A DNA stretch of 64,000 nt, from contig OZ296653.1 in assembly GCA_965655095.1 (NCBI GenBank), positions 9,920,001 to 9,984,000 of the forward strand, in the 5' to 3' direction. Both the position numbers and the translations under genes were made by a program. Within the stretch, counting starts at the first letter, position 1. Each line of letters starts with the position of its first letter. The DNA comes from Haplodiscus bocki (taxonomy: Eukaryota). Below, piece after piece: positions 17,684-29,394 of this stretch. The notes below the pieces were generated by a model. That model was not told the DNA's origin. It saw only the letters and a list, made by a program, of their open reading frames with translations, and made no database searches.

Positions 17684-19155
17684 AATTTGAACTCAGTATT
17701 GGACGACAACAAGACTTTGACTTTGGCTAACGGAGATCGAATCCCGATGGCTGCCAACTGCAAAATCATTTTTGAGCCTGATAACATCGACAACGCTTCA
17801 CCAGCTACCGTTTCCAGAAACGGAATGGTCTTCATGTCCAGTTCTGTCCTCAATTGGAGTCCAATCATCTCTGGATGGCTTCGTGACCGAAAACGAGAAG
17901 AGGGTGATATTATCAAAGCTCTGTTCGCAAACTCATTTCAAGTCATTTACGACTACAGCGTTCAGAACTTGGTTTACAAAATGAGAGTTCTGGAATGCAT
18001 GATTGTCAAACAGATGATTCGGCTGATGGACGGGTTGATACCTGTTAGGGAGGAACGAGACGCTCCCACGGCCGGAAGAAAGTTTCTTGAGGCATTGTAC
18101 ACCTATAGCATAATGTGGAGCATCGGTGCGTTTTTAGAATGGGATGATCGCCGAAAGTTGGAAGAGTTTTTGCGAAACAGCAAAGAAATTACGAACCCGA
18201 TGAATATGCCAATTGTGGAAAACGCTTCGAGTAATACGATGTACGATTATTACGTAACATCGGATGGCGAGTGGAAACATTGGAGATCCCAAGTAGAGGA
18301 GTATGTCTACCCGACTGATCACACTCCCGATTTCAACTCTATTTTAGTGCCGAATGTTGACAATGTCAGAACTGACGCTCTGATTTCAACTATTGGTAAA
18401 CAACAAAAACCGGTTTTGCTTATTGGCGAACAAGGAACCGCAAAAACCGTTATGATCAAAGGCAATATGCTGAAGAACGACCTGGAAAAACACGTTACCA
18501 AAAGTTTGAACTTCTCAAGCGCAACTACGCCGTACATGTTCCAAAGAACAATCGAAAGCTACATCGATAAACGTATGGGTAGCACCTTTGGACCTCCAGC
18601 AGGTAAAAAGATGACAGTTTTTGTTGATGACATCAACATGCCAATCATCAACGAATGGGGAGACCAGGTAACCAATGAAATTGTGCGTCAGACTATAGAA
18701 ATGAGTGGGTTCTATAACCTTGACAAACCCGGAGATTTCACTACTATAGTCGATGTCCAGTTCATAGCGGCTATGATTCACCCGGGCGGGGGTCGAAACG
18801 ACATTCCAATGCGACTTAAACGACAGTTTTGCATTTTCAACTGCACTTTACCCTCCGAATCTTCGATTGAGATGATATTCAGAAAAATCGGGTGCGGTCA
18901 TTATTGCAGAGAGCGAGGTTTCAGAAGCGACATTATTGAATTGGTCAATAAATTGGTTCCACTGACTACGATTGTGTGGCAAAAAGTGAAGAAGGTAATG
19001 TTGCCGACTCCTGCCAAGTTTCACTACGTGTTTAACTTGAGAGATTTGTCGAGAATCTGGCAAGGAATGATCAACACGATCAGCGATGTAGTCAACACAG
19101 AGCAAACTTTGATTGGATTGTGGAAACATGAATGCCAACGAGTCATTTCCGACAG
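17684..19155 (+). CDS. Dynein heavy chain exon: AAA2 to AAA3
   Basis: cag|AAT TTG AAC ([20 protein letters not shown]), [32 protein letters not shown], ends AG|gtaag; in phase with the previous exon. Confidence 0.95.
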
Positions 19156-19646
19156 GTAAGATCAAAATTTAAGATAGAAGTATTTGGTTTAGATGCCGCT
19201 CCGGTATTTTGCACCCGTTAATTACTATTTTGAAAATATTTTTTTTGCAAACCGCAGATTAACTGAAGCTCATTTGAAAAACCTTCCGATTTTTGTTTAT
19301 GTTTATAAACAACGTACAACACCATTTTTCTGGACAGCTTCTCAAAAAAAGGATCACTTAAAATCGAACTTCGGAAAATGAAAATTACTTTTTTCACAGC
19401 TTTGCAGATCAATGAAAGGTGTTCATAACTAACTTTATGAAATGATTCCTACATCAAATTTTGATTTGAAGCTTCGAACATGACAAAAACATCTCATGCA
19501 AGCAAATGCATGAGTGAAAGTGAAGAAGCGGGAACTAAAAACAGTCTTTTTGAAGTAAAAATAAATTAATTCACTCACAAATATTTCGTTCTATAAACTT
19601 TGTACATCAGCTCAACGGTCAAGGCCAACAATCAGTTTGTGGTCCA

Positions 19647-20278
19647 CTAATTTGCGTGTTGAGAAGTTCGTTTTTCCGCCGCAGTCAAAGTAGATCTTCT
19701 GTATCGCAATGTGTCGCGTCTACATTTTGCAACATCGCTGCAACTTGATAGTATTTCCGTGTAAGCCTCAACAGCTCTGTTTGGCGGGATCATCATCAGC
19801 ATTTCTCCGAACTTCATTTTCGGGCCAATACTTTTCAAAATCACCAACTCAATTTCTAGAAACATGTCGGCACTTTGAGTCAGAGTTCTGTACAATCTGA
19901 CACTTTCTTCAAACGAAACAGAAATTAGGAGAGCTTTCAAGAGCGCACACATGATTGAGGAGTCGTATCTTTGAAGCGAATTTGAAATGGCTCTCGTCAT
20001 GTTTGTATGCAGCTCTATCAGGAGGAAGATTCCCTCGAAATAGTTCGGAAAGAAGGCTTTCTTAGATTCGTCAACTGAACGACAAAATTCGGTCAGCCAA
20101 GAGGACAGTTTTGAAAGAGTTTTCGCAGAAACTTGAGATGCAAAGTTGACGAGAAGGTTCTGAACACCTATGTGAAACTTGCGACATAGAACGCAAGGGC
20201 AAGGAATGGAGTCACAAGTATGTTTCACGTTCGGGTTAAAGTTTCGTCTCCGTCGAAGACCCGCGTTGGTTTCTTTCT
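19647..20278 (-). CDS. Unidentified antisense ORF/exon, possible 3' part of a nested gene
   Basis: About 200 open codons, helical-looking composition, no recognised motif. Confidence 0.35.
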
Positions 20279-21089
20279 CTTAAAAATGCATCAAACATAT
20301 CAGCCAAATAAACGACATCTATGATACGCGAAAACTCAAAGAAACCCGAAGCTGACAATTTTCATTCCCACACATTTGAACAACTTTTGCATTAGACTAG
20401 AACAAACATGGCCGCCCAGCCCAAGGCGGATAGGACTTCAAACTTTTTTTATGATTTTTTATTTGCGCGCTCTGACTACTACTATGATGACCAGTATGGT
20501 CCCTCCTGTACTCCCACGCAGCTTTGCTGCGTTTTGAAAATTCTTTTTCTAAAATGTTGCACGAAATTCCTCATTTCGGACGATGTCACAAAACGTCGTC
20601 GCAAAAAGCGTCCAAAACAAAAACCGAGTAACACTTAAAGTACATCGTAAAATTAAAGTTCCGCGAAGTCCTAAAAACGGTGAACATCGTTTATCGTCGG
20701 TACGTTTTACATAACTTCCATTTTAGTATATCCTATTCGCAAACAAAACGATACATGTTAAGCGGCTTCATGTCTTTTCAGTCGAGGGTGTTTTCGTGTT
20801 TTAGTTGATCACAGATAAATTCAGTTTTTAGTTACATAGAGGCAAAGCTGCGCTTTGCAACACTTGCGCCAATGGCATACTAGTGAACAAATCGTAAAAG
20901 TATAACTGCTTTTTGAAGAAGCCACAGCACAAAAACTTCTGATTAAACAAATTTAATTAACTTAGTTAAATTATATGAGCTTATATACAAGTGTAACAAG
21001 TACGAACAACTATTGCAGTCAATTCGCCTTTTATTCAATTAAAACAGGCGCACACGCTGTAAAATTGGCCATGATAACAATTTTTGCAA

Positions 21090-21265
21090 CTGAGCGAGAG
21101 CGCATGAACAATTTTTTGAAGAAAACGAGAGCACATGAACAAATTGTTGCAAGAACGCGAGAGCGCATGAACAAAATCTAGGCAGCATGCGAATCTAGGC
21201 ACAATTGCGAGTTGCGAACGAATCGAAAAGAAATGATATAGCACTTGCTTGCGCAAATGTAATAA
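21090..21265 (+). repeat. Dispersed short repeat (copy B) with three gagagc(g/a)catgaacaa units
   Basis: Related to 16205-16345. Confidence 0.7.
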
Positions 21266-21271
21266 AAGGGT

Positions 21272-22294
21272 TCACATTTGAAGTAAAAAAATGCAGGTGA
21301 AATCCGGAAGTGAAAAAAACTCACCAGGAACACAGCATGCCAACTCCTCTGTAATGCCTTTGAACGGGGTCAGAAGTCTCAGCCAATCAAAATTGGGGTC
21401 GTACATGAAGCTCTTATTTGACTGTATCAACTGCACCGCTTGAGAATAAAGCGGACTCTCTATCTTCACTTTTCTGCTATCTTTGCTGGTTGATCGATTC
21501 AAATTCGAGACAGCGCTGGAATCTTCTAGAATGTAGAGCTTGAACAACCACTCAACCACAATTTCCAAGTCTTCTGACGTTCGTATTATTTGTCCTGTTC
21601 CTTGCATGAGAGATTTCAAAAGAAACTTGAAGGCGTTGTTTTGGAGAATGGAAAATCCCTTGAACAATGTCTCCATCTCCTCCGCACGACTTCCGGTGCA
21701 GAAACTAATTGAGTCTTCGATTGATATAGCCCCAGTAGAGACGAGAGCAATTAGAGCCGATGAAAAGAAATAAGGATGTAATTTGAACATATCATGGGCC
21801 AATCGTGTTAGTTTGTGCGTGGAATACTGAATGATTTCGCTCTTTTGCAGAACATACTCATCATCATTGGATGTACCACATGTAGATGCCTCTAGTGTCG
21901 ACGAAGATTCTTCGAAAATAAGCGACGCATTTCCAGAAACCACGCTCGTGAGTTCTTCAACTTTGATGGTCGACAAAGTTTGCGATAGTTCCTCGACGGA
22001 TCCTAGAGCCGACAACGCTGAAGCTTTTCCCAGTTTATCGAAAGAGCTGAATACGTAGCCAGGACAGTAATGCAAAGTGTTGTAGTGGTCTACAATTTCG
22101 AGTTTGGACAAAAATTTGAAGAGACGCATGTTTGAGTAGAGTAGCTTAGTTACAATTTGGGGATTGCAGCCTTGGGCCATGTTCAGGAGGTCTTTGAGGA
22201 TTTTGGGGCTTTCTTTCACTCGGCGAAGCAATAAGACAATCCATTCCGGACTGCTTATGATCAAGTTTAGAGAGGAAGCGTTTACCGAATAGCT
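21272..22294 (-). CDS. Unidentified antisense exon (~340 codons), probable nested host gene
   Basis: Long ORF with a phase-0 ttttag acceptor at 22295, matching the upstream mini-exon. Confidence 0.5.
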   Translation of the reverse strand, partial: SYSVNASSLNLIISSPEWIVLLLRRVKESPKILKDLLNMAQGCNPQIVTKLLYSNMRLFKFLSKLEIVDHYNTLHYCPGYVFSSFDKLGKASALSALGSVEELSQTLSTIKVEELTSVVSGNASLIFEESSSTLEASTCGTSNDDEYVLQKSEIIQYSTHKLTRLAHDMFKLHPYFFSSALIALVSTGAISIEDSISFCTGSRAEEMETLFKGFSILQNNAFKFLLKSLMQGTGQIIRTSEDLEIVVEWLFKLYILEDSSAVSNLNRSTSKDSRKVKIESPLYSQAVQLIQSNKSFMYDPNFDWLRLLTPFKGITEELACCVPGEFFSLPDFTCIFLLQM

Positions 22295-22397
22295 CTAAAA
22301 CATCAACAAAAATTTGAGATTTCCGAAATTCCGCAGAGAAATTGCCATTTTTGCCGCCGTGTTAGACAAAATCAAAAACCTTCAGGTTATGTCCTAC

Positions 22398-22457
22398 CTG
22401 AGACTTGCCATATAGTTTGGTTTCAAAAAGCGAGACCCAAAACAACAGCACAAACAT
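22398..22457 (-). CDS. Possible first exon of the antisense gene (MFVLLFWVSLFETKLYGKSQ)
   Basis: ATG at 22457; CAG|gtagg donor, phase 0. Confidence 0.35.
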
Positions 22458-22605
22458 CTTGAATAAAAGCACCCAGAAATCAGGTGCAGTGACACAATCA
22501 ATTCAAAATTTGAACAGAGGCGAAAACGTTCACAAACAAGCATAGGCAAAATCGATGACTGCATCATTTTTGAAACTCGACGTCTCGAAAATCGGCGAAA
22601 ATTGT

Positions 22606-23047
22606 TGTGATATTTTTGCATATTAAAATTTATTAACTTAATTGCAGCTAATTAATATCAACCCTCACTAAACAATTTAACCCTAAATTGGAGCTATGAT
22701 TATTTATTCTTACAAAAAACCCACCCCGGAACGCAAATAGTAATTTCCGGAACAATAAAAAAGCAATAACAATAAATTATGGCCGCTCCCTAAATACACG
22801 CATGAGCAGTTTTTTAATTTAAAAAATATACTGGAAAATTTCCTCATGACAGGAAACAATAAAGTGAAGTAAATAAAAGATTGATGACGATAACTTGGCG
22901 ACAAAAAAAATTTGGGCTTCTATTGAATAGCTGAATGCGAAGGATCGACAAAAAAATCTTTCTGTAAAGTCTTCCTCACGCCCGCACTGAAGAAAGCTAG
23001 AACAAAAGAGATATCAGAATTGGTAGAAAAACCCAAGGAGTTTCACA
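22606..23047 (+). repeat. 5' LTR of element 2 (TGTGA...TTTCACA)
   Basis: Aligns to 31692-32137 with many substitutions. Confidence 0.9.
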
Positions 23048-23062
23048 CGGTGACAGGAATGA
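23048..23062 (+). promoter_or_regulatory. Degenerate PBS (cggtgacaggaatga), same type as element 1
   Basis: Directly after the LTR; shares GGTGACAGGA with the element 1 PBS. Confidence 0.7.
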
Positions 23063-23129
23063 AGTGAGGACAACTCCTAAATCGAAAAGGCAGCAGCAAA
23101 CCCTCAACCACATATCACACTCAACCCGT

Positions 23130-24191
23130 TCCGCGGAAAACCAGATGTAAACTGGCCAGATTTTGGAAGCTTACTCAGAAGCTTAATCAATGTTGGAAAC
23201 ATTGCAGCAGCAAACCAACCACAATTCCTCCAACTTCATTTACTAGATCAAGCATTACAATTCTTCAGAACTCTACCGCAAGCAACAAAAGATAAGTTCG
23301 ATCTATCCATTACAGCCCTCAGAAACCATTATTGTAACCCAAACCTCAGGGAATTACAAACTCCAAAACCTGAAATTTGACCACAAAACCGGAAGCCCAA
23401 AAGACTTCTTGGTTCAAACACAAATCAAAGCAGCACAAGCCTACCCTGACCCAGTATTTGCTCCTATACTACCACCAAATGACCAAGGAGAAATAGACGG
23501 AGTTGCAGCAGCCCAGGCAGCTAACCAAATCATTCTGGATAATGCTGCGAATGAAAGAAACAGACGAATAAAGGAATATTTCACAAACGCAATGCCAAAC
23601 TTCTTTAAGAGAAAATTATTGGACCAAAATGAAGCAGCGACAGAACAGGACTTATGTACAATGGCCAGACGACAGATGGTATTGTTCGAGCTATGCCCAA
23701 GTGACGACGGGTCGAGGGATGCATTCAATGAAGTGAGCTCATCACTTTCAGAAAATTCGGTCGGTGCACTAACGAAGCTCACACAACAGGAAGAACTGAA
23801 ACAACAACAGAATGACCTCTCGAACAGAATCAGTTTGTTGAACGACAACAAGACAAACCAGAACTACGCCAGAAATAACCAACAACAGTACTACAGAGGA
23901 AACAACAGATTTAACAACCCACGAGAAAATAGAGGACGGGAAAATTTCAATATCAGAGGACGTGGTAGATTCAAAAATAACAGAGGATATTACGGCATGA
24001 ACTACAACAGGTTCAACAACCCACAAATACAAGAAAAATCGAATAACGGACATATTGCACAGACAACTTACTCAAAACAAATTTGCTACACTTGCGGATA
24101 CCCAAATCATTATGCGAGGGACTGCAATCATAGAAAACCAGGATACCGAAATCAACAAATCCCTTTCCAAACAGCACCAAAAAACGAATAG
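23130..24191 (+). pseudogene. gag: gag remnant of element 2
   Basis: Zinc knuckle CYTCGYPNHYARDC, RG/N-rich region, A AAA AAC slip site at 24179-24185; 5' boundary approximate. Confidence 0.85.
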
Positions 24192-27100
24192 AGCCACGCC
24201 AGTATGATGACGCACCACAGGAGGCAAAACGGACACAAGAAAATGGAATCACTGCATGTATCTCACTTGAAGGAGACCTTTCATATGTGCCCTTGAAATT
24301 CTCAGCAACTCAACAGAGAAGAGCACTAATAGACACCGGTACTTGCGCAAATGCAATTAGCAAAGTAGCTTCCGGACAAGTTACACCTGTGCGTGGCCAA
24401 ATAGAATTAACATTCTCGATAGCACAACACTCGTTCAAAAAATTTTTTAGTCTTACCAAGCACAAATAATATTATACTGGCAAATTCGTTTTTCAAAAAC
24501 AAATCCATTGCACTGTACCCTAGAAAAAACCTCATGAAACACCCGGACATCACACTTCAATTAAACGAAATACTGCCACACTCAACAGAAAAAGAAGCCA
24601 AGCCGCAATCTACAGTGAGAACATTGGAAAAAAATAACGATTGTCCCATATCAACAAACAACGCTTAAATGTGGTCTCATATCAAAAAGATGTTCACTGA
24701 CGTCTGTGGAATAGTGGAACCAAAACTGAGTTTTGAGGTCAAGAAGGGATTGTGCATCACATCGTCCTTATCTAGGACAGACTCAAATGGATACTTGTAT
24801 CTTTCCGCTTTAAATCTACAAAATATTGATATTACAATACCAAAAAATTCGGATATTGCGTTCTTTAAATTCCTTTTACCACAACAAGCAGGAACGTTGA
24901 CTTCAATTGACACCCAACTACTAACTTTAGCAAAATTCATAAACCCAGACGACTTTGTCAAGGAAATAAACCAATTAATTATTGATGAAGAATTCAACTC
25001 AGACTCTCAACCACCTAGATCCAAACCAGAATGCAAAAACATTTGGTTTCCAACGCCGGAAACCTGCACATATCCAGAAGGACTGCAGGGAGTTGAGAAA
25101 CGAACTCAAGACGAGTTATCAAAACTCCAAGCATTGGACCAAATTGACCCGCAAACTAACCAAAGTTATCGAACATAATTGCTACAAATATTCAAATGGA
25201 AAAACTCAGTACTTAATGAGGCACAGAAACAAGTTGAAGAATTGTTAGTTGAAATTTCAGATATTTTCGCGAAACATAGATTCGATGTTGGCTACAACTC
25301 CGAAACTAGGATGAAGCTTACACCTGACCATGACCAGCCGGTCTATACACAGAGTCCACCAACACCTATTCATCTACGCGAAGAACTACAAGTTGAACTT
25401 GCTCTACTTCAATACTTTGGGATAATAAACAGCCTCAACCATTCGCAGTATAGTAGCCCAACCTTTGCCCATCGTAAAACTAACGGAGAACTCAGAATTT
25501 TAGTTGACTTACGCCGAACAAATCATTTCCTCCTACACGACTATCATAAAAACAACCTCCCATATCCACAATGGCCGACACGACAGCTCAATTCGCAGGG
25601 AAATCACTATTCAGCAAACTTGATTGTTCTCAAGCATACCACTGTGTACAAATGGCAGACCCAGTTTCAGTACAATTATTAGCTTTCAAATTCGCTTCAA
25701 GGACCATGGCCTACCAAAGATTAGCTAGAGGACTAAATAGAGCAGTAACAAGATTCAGTGCATTTGAACGCAACTATCTAGAACCATGCCTTTCCGCTAA
25801 TATCTGCACCCACTTCATGGACGACATTGGACGTGGAGTAGATTCCCCAGAACAACTTCCCTACCTTAGACAAATTTTTCAATGCCTCCGGAGATCAGGA
25901 CTCAAACTGTCACCTGAGCAATGCGTTTTTGGATCTGAACAAGTTAGCTTCCTTGGTAATTTATTACAAAAGAAGGCCTAAAACCCGAAAGAGGATTGAA
26001 AAATTACTACGAACACTGGAAGTACCAAAATCAAGGAAAAAAGTGGAGACTTATTGGCTGCCTTCAATTCTTCAGAAACTTCATTCCGAACTTAAACGAA
26101 CACCTGATACCATTCTACAAACTCCTCAGAAAAAAATGTTTCATTTGAACATGCGGAAGAAATAATGAAAGCGTTCGAAACCCTCAAAGAAAAACTACAA
26201 ACGACAGCAACTCAAACTCTTCGACTAGCGAAACCAGGTCTACAGTATGCAATCTTCTGTGACGCAAGTTATCATTCAAGATGAGCAAAAGTATATCAAA
26301 CAATTGGCACGATTGCTGATTGATAATGGCATCCTGAAACGTAAATACTACAATCATGACGGCCTGACCCTATACAATCAATTATGTGTCCCGAAACACA
26401 TTTCGAAAGAAATATTATATCGAATCCACAATTAACCAACGGGCGGACACTTGGTAATAACCAGGACAATTGCAGAATTTAGAAAACGGTACTACTGCCC
26501 GAATTACATTGAGAAGATCGCGGATTATATCAAAAACTGTTCTTCGTGCCTTCAGGTTAAACAAGTTCGGCCGTCTAGACTGAAACCACCATTACAAGAG
26601 ATCACCACAACAACATCTTTTCCAGGAGACATATTGCAAATAGACATTATGGGAGCATATCCTACGACAGCTTACAAATATATCCTGACAGCAATTAATG
26701 TTTTCTCGAAATACTTGTTTGCAGTACCGTTGATGACGGTCAGTGCTTCAACAGTAGCCTCAGCGCTAGTTTCCACAATGTTCAACCACAGCTATATCCC
26801 AAAAGAAATAATGTCGGATTTGGGAACGCAATTCGTCTCAGAACTTCTACACGAAATTACAAAACTGCTGGAGATTAAAAATTCTCATGCTTCCCTAAAA
26901 CACCCACAAACAAAAGTGGTAGTAGAAAGAACACACGCAGCTTTGGCCCGTATCTTGAAACTGAATAGCAATCAAGCATTCACGATTTGGCATAAATACG
27001 TACCATTGGCAACTTTCATCCATAACACGTCACACCACACATCGATTGGATGCTCACCTACAGTTCTATTTCACGGCAGAGAACCAATGAAACCCTTGGA

Positions 27101-27947
27101 TTTGCGATTCTAGAGCGATTGTAATCCAAAATCGGCATTCAACTATGACTTTGATGAATCGCTCAGGGATGAAATGCTAAAAAAGTTCTCGAACGCGAAA
27201 GAAAGCCTAGCGAAGTCATTTGCTCGATATCGAAGATATTATGACCAAAAAGCAAGAGCAAACCCATTAATAGAGCAAACGTTTTGCCTACTTTTGAATC
27301 CGAAACTGACTGAACAATCTGCTTCCAGTCCGAAACTCATGCAAAAATGGTAAGCACTATACCGTATCGAGAAAATACTAACAGACTCCAACTACTTGAT
27401 TTGCAAAATAGGAACGAATTTTACACAAAGTGTACACAAAATTAGACTGAGACCAATCGCTCCACAATACCCTGTTGACGATATTGCAGATATCAACCCA
27501 CAAAACTTCAAAACAGACCCATTATTGGGAAAACATAGAGGAGAGCAGGATTACTTTGACAAAGGTCTCCCGGCATTACTGGAGAATGCGAAACTCAACG
27601 TACACACAACAGCCCCCAAAAACTTTGATAACTCCGTCAGAGTTTCTATCTCGCTCGGAACAACTGTACAACCACCAACAATAGTACCAGCCCCGGCTAT
27701 GGCGGCACCAGCAGTAGTACCATCAGAAAATCCAGGAAACAATCCAGCGGTAGCGCCCAGACGAGTTCTAACACCACCAGAACACCTTACAGCACAACTT
27801 CCAGACTGGTCAGAAGAATCAGATGAGTCCGTAGGACCAATCGCACCGTTAAGACGATCAGAGAGATTACAAGATCAGAACCAAAACAGATACCAAAACT
27901 TCAAATTCTTCGAAGCAGCAGGACAACAAATACGGAAAACGCAATGA
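24190..27947 (+). pseudogene. pol: pol remnant of element 2 (PR, RT, truncated RNase H, IN)
   Basis: ALIDTG; FSKLDCSQAY, FMDD; IFCDAS followed by a jump to the integrase linker (~26280); QIDIMG/MSDLG/VVERTH; many frameshifts. Confidence 0.9.
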
Positions 27948-28119
27948 AGCAAACAAACATCCCAGGGTGAAAAAAAAGAAACCCGTAATTTTGTTGACCT
28001 CCTCAATAATCGCCGCAAAAAACGCCAGCAGATGCAATTTGTACAACGAACAGGCGCACAACAAAGTGGATCTGACAAAGAAACAACGCCCTGATATTAA
28101 TGCAATTGAACATGACACA

Positions 28120-28541
28120 TGGCGGAACATCAGAATTGTCACAGAAAAGCACTTTTGTAGAAATTGCAGCATGGGTCAGTGCGTTTCTTCAGAATTCCAC
28201 ATGGGAGCAGGAATATCAGCAAAATTTAACCAACTTTACCCACAAATTGAACAAAAAGCATCGAAAAATCTGATTGCAGGATCAGTTTTGACTAATATGA
28301 CAAGAACTCGAGACGGTGGATTGACAATTTAGTGACAAAATTCAAGTTTTTCCATAAACAATTCTACGAATCGCTAAGAATGAGCCTCAAGTTGATGCGA
28401 AAACACGCCGAATACAACAGAGTTCACCATATTCGTCTACCAAAACTTGGATGTGGACTTGACAACCTCCAATGACAAGTAGTGCACGAAATTTTGGAAC
28501 AAACCTTCCAAGGTTCGCCTGTGAAAACAACAGTATGCTTC
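28120..28541 (+). pseudogene. Decayed TARG1-like macrodomain downstream of integrase
   Basis: SMGQCVSSEFHMGAGISAKF, frameshift, then NLVTKFKFFHKQFYESLRMSLKLMRKHAEYNRVHHIRLPKLGCGLDNLQ*QVVHEILEQTF (hand-translated). Confidence 0.88.
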
Positions 28542-29394
28542 CCCCAAACTAGTCACTCCAATGTCTGAAATCAAACACTGCCGCAATCGCAAAACCTAGT
28601 CAGAAAACAGGCAAAAAAACTCAAATTATGACCAATTTGACTGAAGAAATTCTAACACTTCTGGATAAAAAACACAACGTAAAACCCATGGAATGAAAAT
28701 TTTATACAAATAACGATAAAGGACAGGCTTTTAGACAGTGTAGAGATGAAATGCGAAACCAAAATTTGACTATTTCAAGAAAACCTCACAAATTGATGTA
28801 TTGTGCCACTGCGACTGAACAAAGTTAAGATAGAAAAGTACAGTATATTCGCTCACAGTGCAGCCCACAACACGCTCTACACGATAGGGTATTCTATACA
28901 ACCATACGAGCTGCGCTATATGAGGAAACTGATCACAATGTGCCGATATTGGATTTTTAAAGTCCCAATTTTTCAAAATTGCTACTGCGAGTACCAAGAT
29001 AAAGATAGACGAGACTGATATATGAACTGCAGCAAACGGCCTCACCGAGAAAGTTACGTTACCTCCTACAAAAGTCACCTTCCACCTTCCCACAACCCTT
29101 CAAATGGACTCCACCACAACAACTGCAACCCATCTTCATCCATACAATTCAAACCCAACAATGTGGCTGTTGTACATCCCTTTCTATTAAGGCCACCACT
29201 GAAAAGATAGCAGCTTCAGCATCATGGACATTGACGAGGAAACACCCGAATTTGAGGACCTCTTCTACTCACTCCAGACACTAGTCAACACCATGAAAGG
29301 GCAACAACAACTGAAAGCCAAGCTTATTGACCTCTTGGACAACATGAAGATTGAGCTATTCTAATAATGTTCGTACAAGAACCCTACGTTTCAG

